A DNA stretch of 64,000 nt from Bacilli bacterium (GTDB taxonomy: Bacteria; Bacillota_I; Bacilli_A; RF39; UBA660). Positions 59,358-64,000 of this stretch are shown here, piece after piece. Made by a program: the position numbers and the translations under genes. The notes under the pieces are model-generated. The model was not told the origin of the DNA and did not search any database. It was given only the letters and a program-made list of their open reading frames with translations. Position 1 is the stretch's first letter. The number at the start of each line of letters is the position of its first letter. The DNA lies in contig JAGAYJ010000008.1 in NCBI GenBank assembly GCA_017940575.1, forward strand, positions 350 to 64,349. Direction: 5' to 3'.

Positions 59358-59990
59358 ATGGATAATTTAAGTATAGAAGAACAAAATAAGATAGATGAAA
59401 TATATATAAAAAACGGCTTCGCACTAAAGATGTTAGAAACTGAGTTAGATATTTTACTTAAAAGTTATGCTTATGAAAAAAAGTACAATCCAGTAGAACA
59501 TATGAAATCTAGACTTAAAACAAAGGAAAGTGCCTTTGATAAATTAAAGAAAAAAGGTTATAGTGTTAATTCATATAATTTACTTAAACATGTTCATGAT
59601 ATGATTGGTATAAGGATTGTCTGCTCTTTCTTATCAGATGTATATGAAGTTGTTGATTTAATAAAGACCTCAGGGCAATATAAAATTAAAGAAGAAAAAG
59701 ACTACATAGGAAATCCAAAAGACACTGGATATATAAGTTATCATATAATAATTACATTACCTCTTTATTTGACTGATAGAGTTGAATATGTAGATGCTGA
59801 GATACAAGTTAGAACGATTGCTATGGACTTTTGGGCTAGTTTAGATCATAAACTACAATATAAAGTGGATAATATATCAACTGATGTCGAAGATGAAATA
59901 TATAATTGTTCTCTTGATATAAAAGCTTTGGATGAGAAAATGAATAGACTTTATAAAAAGACATTAAAAAATAATCAAGAAGAAAAGTGA
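59358..59990 (+). CDS. small alarmone synthetase (RelP/RelQ-type GTP pyrophosphokinase)
   Basis: 210 aa. Motifs GIRIVCSF, GYISYHIII, EIQVRTIAMDFWASLDHKLQYK. Confidence 0.9.
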   Translation: MDNLSIEEQNKIDEIYIKNGFALKMLETELDILLKSYAYEKKYNPVEHMKSRLKTKESAFDKLKKKGYSVNSYNLLKHVHDMIGIRIVCSFLSDVYEVVDLIKTSGQYKIKEEKDYIGNPKDTGYISYHIIITLPLYLTDRVEYVDAEIQVRTIAMDFWASLDHKLQYKVDNISTDVEDEIYNCSLDIKALDEKMNRLYKKTLKNNQEEK

Positions 59991-60014
59991 ATCTATTAAT
60001 TGATTCACTTTTTT
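59986..60014 (+). terminator. terminator of the alarmone synthetase gene (stop codon in the stem)
   Basis: AGTGAATC-N8-GATTCACT followed by TTTTT. Confidence 0.7.
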
Positions 60015-60038
60015 GTTATAATAAGTAAAGGTGATAAT

Positions 60039-62315
60039 ATGGACAATTTAAAAAATTTTGACATTATAATTACAAATGATAAAAACGAAATACTTAATTA
60101 TTTAAATGAAGAAAAAAAACTATTAAATATTAAAATTATGAGTAAAAAAGAATTTATTGATGCTTATTTTGGCTGCCTAAATAGTGAAGCATTATATTAT
60201 TTAGTGAAAAAGTATAATTACAGTTATGAAGTTGCTAATATGTATTTAAATAATTTCTTATATATAGATAGCTTATATAAAGAATTAAGTGAAAAAAAAT
60301 TAATAAGGCTTGAACCATTATTTAAAAACTCATTTAAAAGAATTATTCTTAAGAATATTAAATTAGATCCATATATTATAAATAAATTATCTAACTATGA
60401 AATTGTTACAATAGAAACTAATAATTCTAACTATACACCAAAACTTTATGAATATAAAACTATTGAAGATGAAGTAAATGGTGTCGCACTTTCTATATTA
60501 TCTGATATTAAAAGTGTAAACATAGATAAAATTCATTTAGTAAATGTCGGTGATGATTATAAAAAGCATATAAAAAGAATATTTTCATTTTATAATATTC
60601 CTGTAAATTTAAATGATAAAATATCATTATATGGACTTCCTATAATAAAAGAATTTATAGAAAAATTAGATGAATCATTAGATAGTGCCATCTCCATTTT
60701 AGAAAACTTTGAATATAAAAAACATGTAATTGATGTTATAAATAAATATGCGTTCACATCTTTTGATGAAACTGTTAAATATTTAATAAAAGAAGAGTTA
60801 AAAACAAAAAAAATAAACTCAAAAAAAATAAGTAATGCAATTGATATAATAGATATTGAAAAAATAAATAATAGTGATTTTTATTATGTACTTAACTGTA
60901 ATCAAGGAGTATTCCCAAAAACTTATAAAGATGAAGATTATTTATCTGATATAGAAAAAAAGAATATTGGTCTATTTACATCACTTGATAAAAATAAAGA
61001 GGAAAAAATAAAAACATTAAATATTATATCAAGTTATCCTAATATAAAATTATCTTATATAACAAGTTCTAAAGGAGAAGAGTTATATAGATCTTCTATT
61101 TTAAAAGACTTAGAGTTAGAAGAAAATATAAATGACTTATTTAACAGTTCAAATATATATAATAAATTAAGATTATCATATATGTTAGATGATTATATTA
61201 AGTTTAATATACATAATAAAGATTTAGATAAATTATATTATAACTATAAAGATATAAATTATCTAACTTATGACAACGCTTATAAAAAAGTAGATGAAAA
61301 TTTATTTAATAAATATATAGATAATAAATTAAATTTATCTTATTCAAGTTTAAATAATTTTTATAAGTGCAAATTTAGATTCTTCTTAAATGATATATTA
61401 AAACTAAATGAATTTGAGGAAACGTTTCATACAATAATAGGTAATTTATTTCATCATGTCTTAGAATGTGCTTTTAAACCTAATTTTGATTTTGATAAAG
61501 AGTTTAATAATTTCTTAATTGATAAGGAACTAAACTATAAAGAAAAATTCTTCATTAATAAATTAAAAGAAGATTTAAAGTTTATAATTGATGTTATAAA
61601 TGAACAAGATAGTGAATCATCTTTAAATAAAGCTTATTATGAAAAGAAATTTGCTGTTAATAAAGATAATTCAATAAAAGTAACATTTAAAGGATTCATT
61701 GATAAGATAAAATATAGTGAATTTAATGGTAAGACAGTAGTTGCTATAATAGACTATAAAACAGGAAATCCTGATATAAACTTAGATAAAGTATATTATG
61801 GAATTGATATGCAACTACCTATATATATATACTTAGTTAAAAATTCAGAACTAATAAATGTAGAAATTGCCGGATTCTATCTTCAACACCTTCTTCCACC
61901 AATTGACAATTATCAAGAAGGAAAAGATTACTATACTGAAAGAAGAAGCAAATATAAATTAACTGGTTACTCTAATTCAAATAGAGATATATTAGAACTC
62001 TTTGATAAAAACTATGTTAAATCAAATATGATAAAAAGTATGAGTGTTACTTTAAAAGATGAATTTTCTTCTAATGCTAAAGTGTTAACTGATGAACAAA
62101 TGGATAAATTAGTTAAACATGTTGACTTTAAAATAGATGAAGCAATAAAGGATATAGAATCTAGAGACTTCTCAATTAACCCTAAACAAATTGGAGACTA
62201 TAGTGGTTGTGAGCACTGTCGTTTCAAAGATATATGTTATAAAAAAGAAGAAGATATTGTAAGATTAAAAGAAATAGATTATAAAGAATTCTTAGGAGGT
62301 GGGGATAATGCCTAA
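60039..62315 (+). CDS. addB: AddB/RexB-type helicase-nuclease subunit B, unusually short (758 aa)
   Basis: ORF track 60000..62315 runs through the upstream terminator; the ATG at 60039 follows GGTGATAAT. C-terminal RecB-type nuclease IDYKTG and Fe-S cysteines (YKCKF; GCEHCRFKDIC). Overlaps the addA start. Confidence 0.85.
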   Translation: MDNLKNFDIIITNDKNEILNYLNEEKKLLNIKIMSKKEFIDAYFGCLNSEALYYLVKKYNYSYEVANMYLNNFLYIDSLYKELSEKKLIRLEPLFKNSFKRIILKNIKLDPYIINKLSNYEIVTIETNNSNYTPKLYEYKTIEDEVNGVALSILSDIKSVNIDKIHLVNVGDDYKKHIKRIFSFYNIPVNLNDKISLYGLPIIKEFIEKLDESLDSAISILENFEYKKHVIDVINKYAFTSFDETVKYLIKEELKTKKINSKKISNAIDIIDIEKINNSDFYYVLNCNQGVFPKTYKDEDYLSDIEKKNIGLFTSLDKNKEEKIKTLNIISSYPNIKLSYITSSKGEELYRSSILKDLELEENINDLFNSSNIYNKLRLSYMLDDYIKFNIHNKDLDKLYYNYKDINYLTYDNAYKKVDENLFNKYIDNKLNLSYSSLNNFYKCKFRFFLNDILKLNEFEETFHTIIGNLFHHVLECAFKPNFDFDKEFNNFLIDKELNYKEKFFINKLKEDLKFIIDVINEQDSESSLNKAYYEKKFAVNKDNSIKVTFKGFIDKIKYSEFNGKTVVAIIDYKTGNPDINLDKVYYGIDMQLPIYIYLVKNSELINVEIAGFYLQHLLPPIDNYQEGKDYYTERRSKYKLTGYSNSNRDILELFDKNYVKSNMIKSMSVTLKDEFSSNAKVLTDEQMDKLVKHVDFKIDEAIKDIESRDFSINPKQIGDYSGCEHCRFKDICYKKEEDIVRLKEIDYKEFLGGGDNA

Positions 62316-64000
62316 ATGGACTGATGAACAACTAGATGCAATAACTCACGATAATTCTAATATAATTGTATCTGCAGGTGCAGGCTCTGGTAAAACTGCT
62401 GTATTATCTGAAAGAGTATTAGAAAAACTTAAAAAAGGTGTTAATATAGATGAGCTGTTAATACTTACATTTACTAATGCTGCTGCTCATGAAATGAAAG
62501 AAAGAATTAGAAGTAAAATATCTGAACATGATGAGTTAAAAGAACAACTTGATAAAATAGATTCAGCTTATATCACTACATTTGATTCATTTGCTTTATC
62601 AATCGTTAAAAAATACAACTATTTACTTAATGTAGGTAAGAATATATCTATAATAGATTCAAGTGTTATAGCTATTAAAAAAGACGAATTTATAGATGAA
62701 ATATTTGAAAAATTATATAAGACTAATGATCCTGATTTCACTAAACTTATAAGTGATTTATATCTAAAAGATGATACTGAATTTAAAAAATCCATCTTAA
62801 GAATAAATGATAAATTAGATTTACTTTATAATAAAAAAGAATACTTAGATAGTTATTTAAATAATTTTTTTAGTGATGATTTCATAAACAATTCTATTAA
62901 AGAATATGAAAATTTATTATTTAAAAAAGTAGGTAAAATAAGTCTTATATATAATGAACTAGAGGAATACTTAGATAGTGATTTATATTCTAAATTAGAA
63001 AGTGTAATTGAACCTATTATTAACTCAAAAGATTATGATGAATTAAAAGAAAACATTAATGCTAAACTTCCAACTTTTAGAGGTTTAGATGAAGATGCTA
63101 AAAAGATTAAAGAAAATTTAAGTGAAACTATAAAAGAAGTTAAAAAAATGATGTCTTATGAGTCTTGTGATAAAATAAAAGAAGTTATAAAAGAATCATC
63201 CACATATATAAAAGCAATTATAAAAATAATTAATGAATTAGATAATTTAGTATCTAATTATAAATTAGATATAAACTATTATGAATTTAATGATATAGCT
63301 AAAATGGCTATAAAAGTATTAGATGAAAATGAAATAGTTAGAGAAAATTTAAAGAATTCACTTAAAGAAATAATGATAGATGAATATCAAGATACATCTG
63401 ACTTACAAGACTTATTTATATCATATATAGAAAATAATAATGTTTATATGGTAGGGGATATAAAACAATCAATCTATAGATTTAGAAATGCTAACCCTAT
63501 GTTATTTAAAGATAAATATGATAGTTATTCTAAAAAAATAGATGGTTATAAAATAGATTTAACTAAAAACTTTAGATCAAGAGAAGAAGTATTAAATAAT
63601 ATAAATCTTATATTTGAACTTATCATGAATGATAATATAGGTGGTGCTGAATATAAAGTATCTCATAAAATGAACTTTGGTAATCCGATGTACTTAAATA
63701 AGCTAGATAAACCTCAAGATAATAACTTAAATATTTTAAAATATAATTATGATACTAAAGAATATAAAAAACAAGAAATAGAAGCTTTTATAGTGCTTAG
63801 AGATATAGAGTCTAAAATAAAAAATAAATATCAAATATGGGATAAAGATCATTATAGAGACTGTATATATAGTGACTTTGCTATATTAATAGATAAATCA
63901 ACTTCATTTGATTTATATAAAAAAATATTTGAATATAATGATATACCACTTCAAGTAGTAGCTGACATAACTCTTAATGATTCCGTAGATTTATATATAA
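62308..64000 (+). CDS. addA: AddA/RexA helicase-nuclease subunit A (5' part; runs off the window)
   Basis: Not in the ORF track because there is no stop in the window. Hand translation MPKWTDEQLDAITHDNSNIIVSAGAGSGKTAVLSERV..., later MIDEYQDTS and GDIKQSIYRFRNA. SD GGAGGTGGGG upstream. Confidence 0.9.
   Translation, partial: MPKWTDEQLDAITHDNSNIIVSAGAGSGKTAVLSERVLEKLKKGVNIDELLILTFTNAAAHEMKERIRSKISEHDELKEQLDKIDSAYITTFDSFALSIVKKYNYLLNVGKNISIIDSSVIAIKKDEFIDEIFEKLYKTNDPDFTKLISDLYLKDDTEFKKSILRINDKLDLLYNKKEYLDSYLNNFFSDDFINNSIKEYENLLFKKVGKISLIYNELEEYLDSDLYSKLESVIEPIINSKDYDELKENINAKLPTFRGLDEDAKKIKENLSETIKEVKKMMSYESCDKIKEVIKESSTYIKAIIKIINELDNLVSNYKLDINYYEFNDIAKMAIKVLDENEIVRENLKNSLKEIMIDEYQDTSDLQDLFISYIENNNVYMVGDIKQSIYRFRNANPMLFKDKYDSYSKKIDGYKIDLTKNFRSREEVLNNINLIFELIMNDNIGGAEYKVSHKMNFGNPMYLNKLDKPQDNNLNILKYNYDTKEYKKQEIEAFIVLRDIESKIKNKYQIWDKDHYRDCIYSDFAILIDKSTSFDLYKKIFEYNDIPLQVVADITLNDSVDLYI

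Overview
Very AT-rich (roughly 25-30% GC by eye) chromosomal replication-origin region of a low-GC, endospore-forming Bacillota (Clostridia/Erysipelotrichia-like, standard genetic code). All calls come from reading the sequence and the ORF translations and from remembered family motifs; no searches were run. Left arm (minus strand): gyrA, gyrB, recF, a ComK-family gene, dnaN, dnaA. A bipartite oriC with TGTGGAAAA-type DnaA boxes flanks dnaA. Right arm (mostly plus strand, co-oriented with replication): rpmH, rnpA, yidC, jag, HD protein, mnmE, mnmG, rsmG, a Noc-like ParB, two membrane proteins, uvrB, lgt, whiA, DinJ/YafQ toxin-antitoxin, rplI, dnaB, M23 peptidase, yycJ-like, rlmH, XRE regulator, a 1087-aa modular type IV pilin, spoIIR, mntP, murA, rpmE, a divergent FemAB-flippase-FemAB cluster, rpiB, spoIID, spoIIQ-like, mreB, TagO/WecA-like transferase, thermonuclease, typA, cotJB-cotJC, tRNA-His, CaCA antiporter, DUF2798, GGDEF cyclase, helicase IV-like helicase, a Fur-family gene with a three-gene permease operon, a small alarmone synthetase, addB and partial addA. 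No CRISPR array, rRNA, transposase or integrase was seen. Most noteworthy: (1) an orphan giant pilin whose C-terminus is collinear with the ALK/LTK glycine-rich domain; (2) four perfect parS palindromes within about 520 bp downstream of gyrA; (3) a Noc-like ParB with a roughly 300-aa acidic disordered insertion and no soj/spo0J partners; (4) a Fur-family 7-1-7 operator in front of an ArsP_2/ArsP_1/TIGR03943 permease operon; (5) a ComK homologue in the dnaN-recF slot.
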